A DNA stretch of 64,000 nucleotides from Phyllosticta citribraziliensis (GCF_038025025.1 NW_027117341.1:1-64000), one strand, 5' to 3'; positions 1 through 12,894 are shown, counted from the first letter of the stretch. Notes: a model not told the origin generated them from the sequence alone. A program made the numbers and translations.

Positions 1-2481
1 TAGCTAAGAATAAAGCTAATACATCTAGTACTACTAAAGATATTAGTACTAGTTAATTAACTTAATAAGATTCATATAAAGAGACTAAAGATTTATATAA
101 TACTAGACTTTTATTAAATAATAATAAGAGAGGACCTACCCCTATTCTCCTATATAATTTCTACTTAGTCCTAGTAGTAGAGGTAAAAGAACGTACCTAA
201 GACCTAGGGTTAACTTATATAATTTAAGCTCTAGTTATAGAGGTATTTATAAAGGTACCGCGCTTAGATATTAATTAATTTAAATCTAAGATTGCATCCT
301 TAAATAAGTCTTAAGTACAGCAGCAACTAAACTATATATAAAGGTAAAACTAGGCTCTTAAGTAAATACTCTTAAACTATACTAATAGACTTAAGGAAGT
401 TCTAAGGGAAGGATATATTAGGCCCTCTTTATTAGCTTAGTACCTAAGACCTATTACCCTCTCTTAAGATCCTTCTACTAGTAGAGTTATAAGGACTCTT
501 AGACCTCCTCCTAACTATATAAGGGAAACTACTACTAAAACCTCTACTTTATCTTTAAGTAGTAAGAAATACTAAAGTAGTAAGGTTCCTAATCCTCCTC
601 TTCTTACTAATAGAGAAGACCCCTTATATAAATACTAGACCCTCCTTATATAAAATAAAATTAAATAAAACCACAATCACTTTACTAAAGATATAGTAGA
701 GGAGACTAAATAGAATATTATAGGTTATATTATTTCCTATATTAGTAGAGAAGTCTTATATTACCTAACTCCTTTCCTTACTTCTTATATAAAGGCTAAT
801 AAAGTCACTCTAGATAAGGATATCTTTAAATTTCTAGATAACCTCCTTTAGAGTCTATATAAATATAAGGATATAAAGAAGTAGTTACGCTCTCTTATAT
901 ACTATATCCCTATAGACCTTTAGAAGTTTTAATTAAACTTTATATAATTAGCCTTAGATGTAGATCTTCCCTAGGAATAGTAGAAAGAGGACTTTTATAA
1001 TATAATAGATCCTCTCCTTTAAACCTATATAGTTACTATAGAGTAAGATAGAGATATTAACTTTTATAAGTACCTCTAATAAGCCTACCCTATTACTTAA
1101 AGTCTTAGTAACTACTATTCTAACTATAGAAAACTAATACTTATATTATATAAGGAATAAGTAAAGAAGAGATAATAAGAATAAGTAAAGATAACTATCT
1201 TAAGTAGTATAAGTACTTTATCTTCTAGTTATACCTAGGTATAATCTATATCTAGGGCTCCCTCATATAATATAACCTATAAAGGTAAAGTAGAAGTCTA
1301 TATAGAGATTAGACTATATAATTACTATAGCTAGTTTAGCTATTTATAGAGATAATGCCTATAACTAGAGATAAAGGTAATAGAGTTAGTTAAAGAAGAA
1401 AGTACTAAAGATATCTATATAAATAAAGGAGATTAGTCTTTATTAGAAAATAATAAGACCTAGATAAAGTCTCCTACTATAGGTCTAAACTTAGAGTAAT
1501 ACATATTAAGGGTTCTTATATAAATCTTAGTTACTTTATTAGAGGTATACCCTTTACTATATAAACCTTAATTATATCTAATAGCCGCGCCTTAGAAATT
1601 CGTGCCCTAGCTAATACTAGTACTAGTAGTATAAGTTTTATTTACCCTAAGCTACTACTAACTCTCCAGTCTATAGGTGCTATAAAAAAGAGAATAATAG
1701 GTAAAGGGCTTAATATTACTAGGTTTAACTAATATATAAATAAGAAAGTTAATTTTTACTTTTATCTTTAACTCTACTTCTAGGATTAAATAGTTTCTAC
1801 TTATACTTTTATTTATAATATTAGCCGTAATAATATAATTCTTAGGTAATAGTTTTTTAACCAGCATGATATTCTTCTAGACTATAAATAATATAAACTA
1901 GTCTAGAGATAGCTACTAGTTAACTAATCCTTTTAGCATCTTTTATACCTACTAAAAGTCTCTATGTAAAGTAATAAACTGCAGAAAGAATATTAAGTAG
2001 ATATAGACTATAGAGATAAAAACTTTAGTAAATACCTTCTTCCCTTAGTATAGGTTATTAAGGGAATTAAATTTTAAACTTAAGATACTTTTAAGCTTTC
2101 TATCTATAAAATACAAGTTACGCTAATAGAGATCTATACTATTAACCTTATATAAGTTTAAGCGGCTCTTAAAGATAAAGAAACTAAGGAATTATTAGCT
2201 TCTAAGCTACTAGCTACTTATAAGGAATTTTAAGATGTATTTTCTAAAATAGAGTCTAATAAGCTACTACTATATTATATAGGAGTTAATTATAAAATAT
2301 CTCTTATATATAATAGTCTACTAGAGCTTCTACCTAGCCCTCTCTATAGAATATCTCTAGAGCAGCTTAAGGCTATAAAAGAGTATATTATTAAGAATAT
2401 TTAGAAAGGCTTTATTATAGAGAGCTTTACTACCTATACTTCTCCTATTCTTATAGTAAAAAAGCCTAGTAGGGGATAGAG
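1..2481 (+). mobile_element. RIP-degraded Ty3/Gypsy LTR retrotransposon relic (gag-protease-5' RT), truncated in RT
   Basis: Very AT-rich, TpA-saturated, with stops in all frames. Reverting C>T/G>A changes restores a gag-like KVPDPPLLTDGEDP (~582-623), a CX2CX4HX4C zinc knuckle (1317-1358) and the aspartic protease motif ALADTGASG (1604-1630). It also restores a pre-RT/RT start (~2219-2481): YKEFQDVFSK.ESDKLPP...VDHKISL...PLYRMSLEQLKAVKEY...KGFI..S...YASP.L.VKKPGGGWR. Confidence 0.92.
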
Positions 2482-2688
2482 AGAATAGGATTTAAACTCC
2501 TAACTTAAGATATTTTAAATAAATTAATCTAGACTAGATTAGTTAGGGTTAATATATAGACTACCTTTCTATTTAAAGAAAACTAATCTAGCCCTAAGTT
2601 AAAAATCCTATAGTAGTTAGGCTTTTTTATTAATAGTATTACCTCTACTATTATTAACCTCTCTATACTAGATACTATAGAAACCGCC

Positions 2689-5600
2689 CTAGAGATCTTC
2701 GCTTTCCTCTGCGCTACTCTCATCTAACGACGTTGATGTAAGAGATCGCGGCGCCGGCTTCATTCTTCGTATACCACCAGTCGAAGACCTCTTACTACTG
2801 AGCGATGGTCTTTTCGGCGTGGATTCAAGCGAGGGTCCGCGGGCGAGCCGAGTGCGGGGACTATACGGCTCCTCTTCGATGTTGAACGTCTGTCGCGCCC
2901 TCAAGTCGTGATCAGCTGCCCAGTCATCATTTCCCTTCCTGTCGTGCATCATGTCAATGTACTCGTCATAATCCTCCATCACCTTCGAGACGCGATCGAA
3001 GTGTATCCTCCTGAGTTTCGCCGTCTTGAACTTCTTCTTTTTCATCGCCTCGCGTTGCGACAGGCCCGCGTCTTGTATTTCTTGTTGGCGATCGTACTTT
3101 GCCAAAGCCACGGCGGTTTGGAATGCATTACGAATCTGTCGTCCGTTCCAAGTTGCCTGCTCGTCGCGCTTTTTGAGCTTGTTGTAATGGGTCTTTGCAT
3201 AGCTCAGGATTTTCTGCTCGTCGAACTCCACCTCGACCTCCACATCAGGCTCCCGATTCATCTTCCGGATTCTCTCGAGACACGTCTTCCAGATCTGGAC
3301 CGTCGAGCTCTCGTCGAGCCGCGGGTAGAACATCGCGATTTTGATTCGCGAATGGAAGGCTTCATCGATCGCTCCGAGACGATTTGTCGTTAGGAACAGG
3401 ATGCCTGAGTAGTACTCGAGCGTCCGAAGAAATACTACATAGGTCAGCGGTGGCGTAGCACGAAAACGGGCTGGATGGATTACCGGAAACCAGTGCATTG
3501 CGCTTGACGTCGCTATTCTCCCGCTGCGCGAGGAACACGTCCGCTTCGTCAAGGAGAAGCACACAGCCCCACAGATGTGCCAGCTTGAAATGGTGCTCGA
3601 GTTTTCGTTCAACTTCGATTGCAGTCTCTCCAATGTCTCCGCAGGTGATGGGGTACAAAGGGCGTCTGGTGTACGCCGCAATCGTTTCCGCCGTCAAGGT
3701 CTTGCCGACTCCGGGAGCACCATGCAATAGTATCACGAGACCTTTGCCCTTGCCCTTGACGAGGTCCATGGAGGATTCGTTGTCTGCCCCAGCACCATTC
3801 TTGCGCACGCCGGAAGAGTGACTTTCCACCAAAGCAAGCACCATCTTTTTATGCCGCTCGTTCATCACAAGCTGATCGAGCCCGCTCTCGCTGTGCGCAT
3901 GAGCTTCGTCAATGCTCTGCATTTGCTCGACGTTGAGGTATTCTACAGTTCACTCAAAATCAGTCCTTCCAAGCAGGTGTCATATAACTCACTCCATGAG
4001 CGGCTGCGGAACACAAAAGACAGCACATCGCGAGGCAGGAGAAGCAAGTGTTCGTCATCAATTTGGTCGCGCTCGTTCGGCATCCACAGAGTTTTTGCAC
4101 GATCGTGCCCACTGACGTACTGCTCAAATCGTCTGATCTCGTAGGAGTTGTCTGGAAAATTGTTGGTGCATCCGGGGCAACCATCGTTGAAACAGTTGGT
4201 CCACTCGTAAGAATCTTCGGTGGTGGTGCTTGACAGCATCAACCGATCGATGGCGAGATCTTTCAGAACCGTCGTATCTTTTGCCATGCGATAGCCTGTT
4301 CTTGCGTCAACAACCACTTCCCCGTGGACCTCTTCCGGGTCGGTGCCCGTTGAAAACCCCTTGTAGAGTTGATGGGATTCAGAGAGAAATTGGACAAAAT
4401 TGCGACCGCGTTCAACTATAGTAGACTTTTTCTCCCAGAACTTGGGGTCAAAATGGGCGGGATAGAAGTCCAGGTCCAAGATCTTCTTCTCTCCATCGTA
4501 CGGGCGGATCACCGACATCATCCGCAGTGTCTCCGCCCCAATATGTGCGCCGTCGAAGTCGACGTAGTGCAAGTCGAGCCTGAAGTTCTCGGCCAGGCGC
4601 CTGGGAGGGTCGTCTCGGCGAGGTCGCCTAACTCCTGGCATACTCCCCGGGGGAGGACGACTTGACAGATTCATGCGACCTCCACTCACACCAAAAACGC
4701 GAAAGGCCCGAGGGTAGGACAATTCATCCGTGTCCCTCAATTTCCTCTCCTTTGAAAAGACCAGTGTTCCAGGTGGAAACAAATGCCACATGTTTTCGAA
4801 TGCGATCGTGTCAATTGTTGCCTTGTCAATCTGCTGTCGAAGAAGGACCGTGTCCCCGAGATCTGTGTCGATAAAGTTCAAAAGGACTTCCATGTGGGAT
4901 ATGCAGAGTTGCATCTGCGCTACCTGAGTCACGTCGACGAACCCTTCTTTCAGCGAGTCCTTCTTTTTCTGAATTTCCCTCGCAATCCGGCCTCTTTGTT
5001 CAACGAATATCTTGAAAGGCGGCACGAAGACGGTGGGCGTTTTACTCATCGTGCAACCGCTTATGAACTCCAGCTCATCCAGAAGGATCCGTGAATTGAT
5101 CTGGACGCGCTTTGGGTCATCTTCGTGGTCCGCCCGAAGACCAGAGACCGGGGGCTTGTGGGATATCCTCTTCCCGCTTTGATCTGTTGCCCGTATTTGC
5201 TTGCTGGAGTGTCCGTAGTAGACTACCAAAACGTTCGATCTGAGGTCTTCGCGATTGAAGCCTCGAGACGGCTGCCAGGAGAGGAACGACAAGTATTTCA
5301 CGTCCAGACTCAGAGGTCTCTCTCCGAAGTATGGCGTATTTACTCGTGCTTCGAGCGGAAAATCGGATGCCTGTCGAGTGCTTTGCTTGTCAGTCTTTGT
5401 TTCCTAGTCGGTACCTGGTACTCACAGTTTTGGGGGCTCTTGAGGCAACAAGCTGTCGACTTTTTGTGTCAAGATTGCGAGCTGCATTCTGAGATCATTT
5501 ATCTCGTTTATGGAGCTTTGCGGCCCATCATCCGTAAGCGGTGAGCTTTCTCGGGGGTCTTCGTTTGCTGGGAAGCCAATGGAGGGAGAAGTTTCGAGGC

Positions 5601-5718
5601 TGTCCTCGTTGAAAGCTACCGCCGGACTCTGGGGTATCAATGCGGTAACTTCATGGGAGGCATCCCAAAGATGGGAATTCTTGTTGCCATCCTGCGGCAA
5701 AACAGAGAGCGTATCCAT
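2689..5718 (-). CDS. Large fungal AAA+ ATPase (DUF7025-like N-terminal region + single AAA module), 4 exons
   Basis: ORFs 5422-5718, 3943-5301, 3362-3922 and 2689-3681 are joined in frame by GT-AG introns (~5381-5425, ~3945-3991, ~3437-3484). Motifs: Walker A LLHGAPGVGKT, Walker B LLLDEADVF, FLRTLEYYSGILFLTTNR, DEAFHSRI, WNGRQIRNAFQTA, and N-terminal IAFENMWHLFPPG. Confidence 0.92.
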
Positions 5719-6390
5719 TCGCAGCGGCTGCTGGATGCTTCGTCAATTCGGAAACAAGATTCTGAGAGTTTGACGCGAAAAAGAAGTCGGAACAAAGAAA
5801 CTGGCAGCAGGCAGACAGGCTTTGCGAGGGACAGCCTGGTCGTACTGTGGAAAAGAGCAGCGTACCGCAGCGACTGCGTGGAGTCGTGGTTTTACCAATC
5901 GGCTGTAGCACTCATTTGTCAGGCGACAGATGGCTGAGCACGGTAAGCTGCATTCAATCCGACAAGGATTGTATGCAGCGCTCGAGAAGCAAGAATGGGG
6001 CCGACCGAAGAGGATTTGCTCAGTTGGCGCATTTGGGGGCCACTGCTGTGCGTCCGCTCCAGACCACGGCGCTCCACCGGTTGGGGCTGGTTGCTGGCAC
6101 AAGAATGATGTTCCACACGGTGCCTTCTCAGCAAGCTGCCTTCTCCGTGCGCCAGATTGAGAGCGGTTCAAGCCGAATGCAACGATTGAGGGCAGTGGAA
6201 AGCTGACTGGCTCACTGGTTGGCCTGGGGTAAGCCGCATGAGATGGCTTCCTTAGTAAAGGGACTGCCGACAGGCCTCTCGCAGCTCGCTATCGCAACCT
6301 TCAGCCTCGCGGCGTTTCTGTGCCTCCATTCGAGCGTTGGTGTCTTTTCTCAAACCTGAGTTCAATGCGACAACGACAAACTCTCCAGCC

Positions 6391-8841
6391 ATGTTGCGCC
6401 GACGCGCGACGATGCCGGATGAACAAGTGGTCAATTTCATGAAAGAGCACCTTGACGGATCCATTCACGGCGCCTTGGACACACGACCACAAGCGGGCGT
6501 AAAGTTCGAGGGCCGCGAGTGGAAACCGACCTTCGAGGCCGTCAGCATGTTGGAACCCAGGTGCAGCCAACAAGCGACTTCTTCGACAATTGAAAGACGC
6601 TGATATTTTTCATAGAGAAGATGGACTTGTCAAAGTCGAAGCTTCGTGAGTGCGCTCCTACCATGGCAGTTGGAATTGACTGATGTGCGTCAAACCCAGC
6701 ACAACACAAGATATGAAGTGCTTCTACATGGACTGCATCAAAGCACAAGATAAATTGCGCAACACCATGGAGAAATACCAAACTGTATCCCGGGACCGAT
6801 GCATCGAGCTCAAAAGGCAACAGACCTGGAAAGACGTTGAGGAGGGACTTGACGAGTTCTCCAAAGAGGTTGTCAAGGCGGAGCACGAATACCGAGAAAA
6901 GCTAGGATCTGTCAGGTCGGGATTCCGCAGATTCAGCAACAATTCAAACAGCGTCAAGGTTTTTGCAGATCTGATACCGTCTTCCGACTCATACCTCTCA
7001 GTTTTGTGCGGTGGTATCAAGCTCGTCTGTGTGGTACGTGTTAACAGTCGCTTGGGCTCGTCGTCAACAGCGGCAGCGGGTGTTGAAAGAAATGAGACTT
7101 CCGGATCCCGCTGCAGTAACAGACCATAGCTCCCCACGCGTGTCTACGCTGGGCATTTGTAATGGCGGACGACTGCTCCGCCAGTACAAAAATGGCAGTG
7201 GACGAACTCTCGTTTCTTTCGACACCCAAAATGCAGCAGAAAAACCTCGCTGATTGCTTCCCAGGCTGCCAGTCGAATCGGACAAATCAGGAAGATCGTG
7301 ACCGAGTTTCTGCTGCAAATCCATTCGTTGCTAGACGACAAAGGGAAGCTGCTAGACCTCTACAGCAGAGATATCGAGCTGCACCGCAGGAATGCGGAGT
7401 TGTCGACCTGCATCCTAGTCGTCCTTGCCGAAATCGTACGCTGGCTGTACGAGAAACCATGGAGTAAGTCTACCCGCCAACCGCTGAATACGAGTTCGAT
7501 AGACAGTGACTGACACGCTCCAGAAAAAACCATGAAAGGAATGCTCCGTCCCGAAAGTTACGAACATCCGCTTATCGAGAAGATCGACGAGATCAAGATC
7601 AAGGCGACAGCTTTCAAGGACCAGGCAAATTTCTGCGAGCAGAAGAACGTTGTCGATATTGCGTCAGACACGTCCCTTCTCCGCCGCGACGCAGAGCACA
7701 ACCAGATAAGGCAGGGCATTAGTGAGTTGAGGTGCCATCGTACCATCTTGGATCGTATCTGACCGTTTCAGTTTACGAAACGATGAAAAGCGGCCATGAG
7801 GCCATCCGCGGAGAACTCGAGATTTTGAAGGAGCGGACAAAGAGCTTGAACTATGTGCTGGAATGCCTGCAGAGTGATCCAAAGCGGATACAAGAAGCTC
7901 GTCAGTTGATGCCATCCTCACAACGGGTTAGAAGGCTTACATATGCAGATCCCTATCTGTCCAAATCCAAATTGCTCAAGAGCGCGAAGCCGAGGGAGCT
8001 CAAGTACAAAATCGAAGATCTTGAGGAAATAATTGCGTACGATCCAGCAGTGGTCGAGGAAGATTGCACTTCAATGCGCAAGCTGCAGTTCACCATGAAG
8101 CCGCCGGATCAGGACAAAGCCGTCTCCCTCCTTCGCAATGAAAGGCTTCAGGGTTTTGTAACGGCGCAAAGGTCCGGAATGCTCCTCATCCACGGCCACG
8201 GCAACACGACGCCGCTTTCGCCTGTCAGTTTCGTCTGCGCGAAGCTGGTTGAATCGCTTGTCGTTTCATCAGAGGAGACACCATCCAGGATTCTGAGCGT
8301 GGCATTCTTTTGCGGGAGACATCGGGACGAGACGAGGGATGTGGACGCGCATCCACCGGGGATGCTTCTGAGCATGCTCTTCCAATTGCTCGAGGCGCTG
8401 CGTCACGAGAGTCGTGAAATCAACTCAAGACCGCTTCAAAGGGCTCTGAAACACTTCGAGCCGGACAATGTCGACAGCATCCTTGAAGTTTTCGCTGGTG
8501 TCGTGAAGCAATTACCACCCGAGGTGATGCTTTTCGTGGTTGCTGACGCTGTTGTTTTCTATGAAGATCGACACAGAAGGGAGGAAATGAAAAGAGCTGT
8601 CGAAGGATTGCTGGAACTTGCCTTTATCGAGGACGGCCCTGCTGTCAAAGTCTTGATGAGCAGTCCGTCAAAAACGCACACTGTGTTGGAAACCTTCAAG
8701 GTTTTGGAGGAGGACATGGAGGAAAGCTTGATCCTGGACATGCACAAGTCATATCCAACAAAGGGTGGATTCAGGTCCTTGAACTGGACACTTCCTTCTC
8801 CAGAGATCAGTAACTCGTCCGATGAAGAGGAAGACGAATGA
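6391..8841 (+). CDS. STAND/NACHT-related protein: helical N-terminal domain (Goodbye/DUF7708-like) plus a degenerate NACHT-like domain lacking the Walker A lysine
   Basis: Six exons stay in frame, with introns ~6561-6615, 6646-6699, 7034-7264, 7464-7523 and 7722-7771. The N-terminal ADLIPSSDSYLSVLCGGIKLV..AA.R is typical of fungal STAND N-termini. The C-terminal part follows NACHT topology: SGMLLIHGHG...SPVSFVCAKL, VAFFCGRH, GMLLSMLFQLL, FVVADAVVFYE, VKVLMSSP. Confidence 0.75.
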
Positions 8842-9087
8842 AGGCTTTGTGTTGATGGGCTAGAGCGCAAGCAAAGCTCACGCATCCAGCACATTCAGCT
8901 TAGAGGGTTCTGGTTCTTGGAGTAAATATTCTCAGCTGTCGCGGTCGACGAATGGCGCTCCGCTTCTCCTCTCACAAGCTGTACCACACATTACCGCTGC
9001 CCGCTTGCATCCCCCTAAGCCAGCCTCTGTGACTTCAAAATCTTGCCCTTGCCTTTTTCTTTGCTTTGCTCTATCAGTATTTCTCAG

Positions 9088-10492
9088 TCAAACCATTTGG
9101 CCCAACTTACTGAATGATCGTTCTCCGTACAGAGTCTTCAAAATCCACTCGTGCACCACCTTTGCAATCTCCAAATTGTTCAATTCCAGGTGCATGAACA
9201 GGCCATTGCCAGTGATCCCCAGGTCGTCCAAGAACAGCCACTCAGGGTTTCCGCCGACTTGTTTCAGATAGTCAATAACGCAGTGATCCCAAGTGACATG
9301 CACGCTTGCGTTGGAGGTGAGCGCGAGGTATGGAACGCTAGCAATTTTTGGCAGTTTGTGAACAGGTTCAACTTGCAGGATGCATCGGCGCAGTTCGCGC
9401 GTATCCTGACCGACTGGCTGTGTTTGCAACTCTTTCGGGTCAGAGACGGGCGGATCATAGTCAAGGCGCGTGTTTACGAGGCCCCACGGACGCGTCGGAA
9501 AGGAGCCTAGTTTCGTTGGATCCAAGCTGGCAAATAGCTGAAAAGGCGTGTTGGCAGGCTCAAGGTTGATGCTGCCGAGAAGGAATTGCGGGCAGTCATT
9601 GGACCACAGAATCGGGGCAAAGGACCCAAATGAGTGAGCGAGGACGAAGGCAGGACCGATGATGCTAAGCAGTTTGCAGCCCGCAACGCGAACGGCGTTC
9701 TCCAATGCAACGTTGTTGGTAGTGACTGGAATGATTGAACCGGCAAAGGCTTCGAAAATTGGGTCCCCTCGTAGACCGCTCTAGCAGACAAGGTCAATCT
9801 GAGATTCACGCATTGGTATTCGGATTTGCCTACACCGGGCCACTTGTTGTGGTTCTTAGCCGTGGGATAGAGATTCGCGGTTTCAGGCGCGGTGTATCCC
9901 TTTTCTACCTCTTCGATTGTCGACCCCGGCGTCAATGGAAAGCTGCTGATATCATTCTCACTTGAACGGCCCACGCCTTGTGTGTCCAACAGATAGACCT
10001 GGTAGCCGAGACCGAGGAAGAATGATGCGAAGCCTTTGCGATTGTCTGGAGTATTCAACCAGGACTGTTGAGTTGGGAGTCAGCACACTGACCCTTTCAG
10101 AATGCAAAGCGGACTGACCGCTCCCGAAGTTCCTGTTTGGACAGCGCTTAGTCTTCAATCGCACTATGAGATGCGCAAGTCCTACCTCCAGGATGAACAA
10201 AGACCACCGGTTTCGGCTGCAGCACGCCCGTCGCCGGAGTCAACTTCTCAACATATATCTGGTCAACCAAGATCGCGCCACTGGTGGGGCCTGACGTTCC
10301 CTTAATGTATCGACCTCCGATGTAGAAGAAATCACGGTAATGTAGAGACTCTCGACTTTGGCAGGAGGGCGCAAGTGCGTCAGCCCCAACGCAAGGCGCT
10401 TGTGTCTGGGAGGTGGCAGAGGAGAGACCGGCGAGGTAGACGACCACGAATACCAACACTTGCCAGAGGGCAAGTCCAACACAGGGTCCCAT
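9088..10492 (-). CDS. Secreted alpha/beta-hydrolase (lipase/esterase-like)
   Basis: Hydrophobic signal peptide, then FFYIGGRY, DQIYVEKLTP, VVFVHPGG, WLNTPDNRKG, VYLLD..GVGRS, nucleophile elbow AHSFG, INLEP and LGITGNGLFMHLELN. Three introns, including a 14-nt micro-exon at 10119-10132. Confidence 0.85.
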
Positions 10493-11474
10493 GTCCGACT
10501 GTATAGACGCATCAGAGGGCATGAGAGCGCAGGAGGTTGTGGAGGAGGAACAGTTGTCACTGAAAAACGATTGTTCAAGGTTTTCGCGAGTCACGATCTG
10601 AAGATTTCGGGGACGCCACAATCAATTTTGTGCTGCAGGGCGGGAGTGCGCCGGGTTTTCTTTCAGAATAAGCTCGTGGGGAAGCCGGCTCGCAGTAGTT
10701 TCCGCGCTGGCTCGGATGAGCAGTATCGACGGTACAACGCACATCACAGAATGCGATCAGTTTGGGCGTCGCGCAGATTGAGTGGAATTCGAGTTTTTCA
10801 AGTCTGGTAGGAGGGAAAAGGCAACGCCATCGAGGTGTTTTTCACACCAACCGGTACCGTAGACCGATTGCAAAAGAGCCTAAACACCGAGCTCTAGGTC
10901 CGAGGACATGCCTTGAGGCTGCTAACGGCTGCTTCAAGGTTTTACTCCGGGTAGAGATATCCGCAGCACGTGGGCGTAAGGTATGAGTTTGCGGCACGTG
11001 CCGGTGGTGGTTTCATTCTTAGACTGACGTCAAACGTTGGCGGAAACTCGCCTTGAACTTGAGTGATACATGCGTGCAAAGAACCAGGCGGAACAGTTGA
11101 TCCATTCGATAATTGTCCGTCAAATACTCATGATACTTCTTCCACTCCAAGGGCGGCTTCATCGGGTATCATTTGGCGGAAATCCATGGGTGGTAGGAAG
11201 TTGCCGCATGTTCCGGCTTGTCGGTTCGTATAAACATTTTCTTCTGGACGGCAACTCTGCTGAGGACGAGCCGCACCCAAATGAGGATGATGGCTTTGAG
11301 CTGTTGGCGGGGTCCCATGGCATCTTCAAGTGAAAAAGGCTTTTGTGCACCCTGGTCTCAAGATGCTCCGCGTGGCAAGACAGGGATCCCAAGCATTTTC
11401 GCTGCACCTTGACTCCGAACATCCACCTCGCAGTGCCATCCGCTTCCATTGGCAGAGGTTGAGATTTCAAGCCT

Positions 11475-12151
11475 TCAGCTGTTGTTGACCAGCCTCTTGA
11501 CCTTTTCAAGCAAGACAGGCGCTTCTCTGCCTAGCTTCCTCTTCCCGTCCCTGCCTGGTTTGTGCGCCTTTGCCATGGCTCTCCTCATGCGCTCGCGGTC
11601 ATCAATTCGCTGCTGGCGTTGTTTCTCTGCCTCTTCCCTGGCCCTTTGGCGCGCCTCGGCCTCTTCCTTTCTCTTTTGTGCAATTGCGGCCTCTTTCGCA
11701 AAGGGCGTGGGCTTGGGTCTTCTCTTACGACGCTCATGCGCGGGCTGGTCGTCTTGAGGCTCGGGCTCTTTGGAATCCACCAGTGCCTGGCGGTCGGGGT
11801 GCGGGTCGAGTGAGGGTTCGGGCGCAGAAGCAGCCTGGTGTGCTGGATCGGTGTCGTCGACGGGTTGTGGTTTCTTTGGCTGATTCGCCAGCTCGCGCTC
11901 TTTGATCTTTGCGTATTCCTTCTTGATCTTGGCCTTGTGGATCAAGTCTTTCTTAATCTGCTGGACTGGAGAGGCGTCAGTGCTGTCGAAGAGAGTGGAG
12001 AAAGCTGGAACAAACCCTTGCGCCTGTGGGTGCCGTCCGGTAGGTTGGCTGGCCCAACCTGGAAGCCCTTTGAGCGTCGCTCAGTGCCATGCTTGGTCTT
12101 TTTGGCAGGGCCAGTAGAGTCGGTGTCTTCGCGAGGGCGTTTCTCAGGCAT
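11475..12151 (-). CDS. FYV7: rRNA-processing protein, Fyv7 family
   Basis: GFQVGPANLPDGTHRRK|VQQIKKDLIHKAKIKKEYAK and C-terminal GKRKLGREAPVLLEKVKRL. One intron at 11966-12015. Confidence 0.7.
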
Positions 12152-12894
12152 GGTCGGTGTTGGTTGTTTGGTGAAGCAGAGACGAAAATGTCGAGACGCG
12201 ACGAAATTCCACCCGACGGCTGCGGCGCAAGCAGGCCGCCGCTCCGCAATGACCCGGCGGCACAGGCGCAAGGCGAGGAGGCGACCTGAGGCAACGCAAC
12301 ACCACCAGCACAGGGTGTTCTCCGATTGTGCAACTGCAAGTGCTCGAGAAGGCGATGAGCAGCAGGGGCGCAGAAGAAGTCGATGCATCAGAAAAGCAGA
12401 ATTAATGCGGTCGCGGAGCCGTTGTTGGTTCTGGCGGCGCATCGTGTGACCTCCGGCTTGATCCCCGCAGCGGTGCATCCGCTGTTCGTCATCGCTGAGT
12501 CCACTTGACCTCTGCTCTCTCCTCAGAGTCACCACCTCCAACCCTCAACTCAACACCACCCGCCCCATTGCTACCAAAAGCCTCGACTCGGTCGCCGTCA
12601 TGATCCTCCGCTCGCCTTAATCCAGGCTGGTCTCTCTTCTCAGCTCGCCGCCAACACACTACCGCTCTGCTCCATCAACCATCACACGCTCATTATCCGT
12701 ACTCGGACCTGCTTCCACCCGTCCTTCTCCGACGCCTTTCTCTTGCACAAAGGGACGCACCGCGCCTCTTTCCCTCCTAGCTCCATCTACCCCCATCGTT
12801 TCCGCCCTCCTGCCGCCCTCCTGCTTTCCGGATTCCTTCGCCGTTCGCCCACCGATGAGCCGTCCGTAGGCTCTCGACACATGCACCACCTATC

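Noticed and set aside
1658..1867. 69-aa minus-strand ORF in the AT-rich block
   Set aside because: Chance antisense ORF in the RIPed retrotransposon; its I/K/L/N/Y composition reflects AT bias.
7034..7264. 231-nt intron in the STAND-like gene as a possible insertion or MITE
   Set aside because: Long for this genome, but I could see no terminal inverted repeats or target-site duplication.
11018..11320. Protein-like minus frame with one internal stop (MGPRQQLKAIIL...*YPMKPPLEWKKYHEYL...)
   Set aside because: Might be a gene relic, but there is no recognisable family or splice support.
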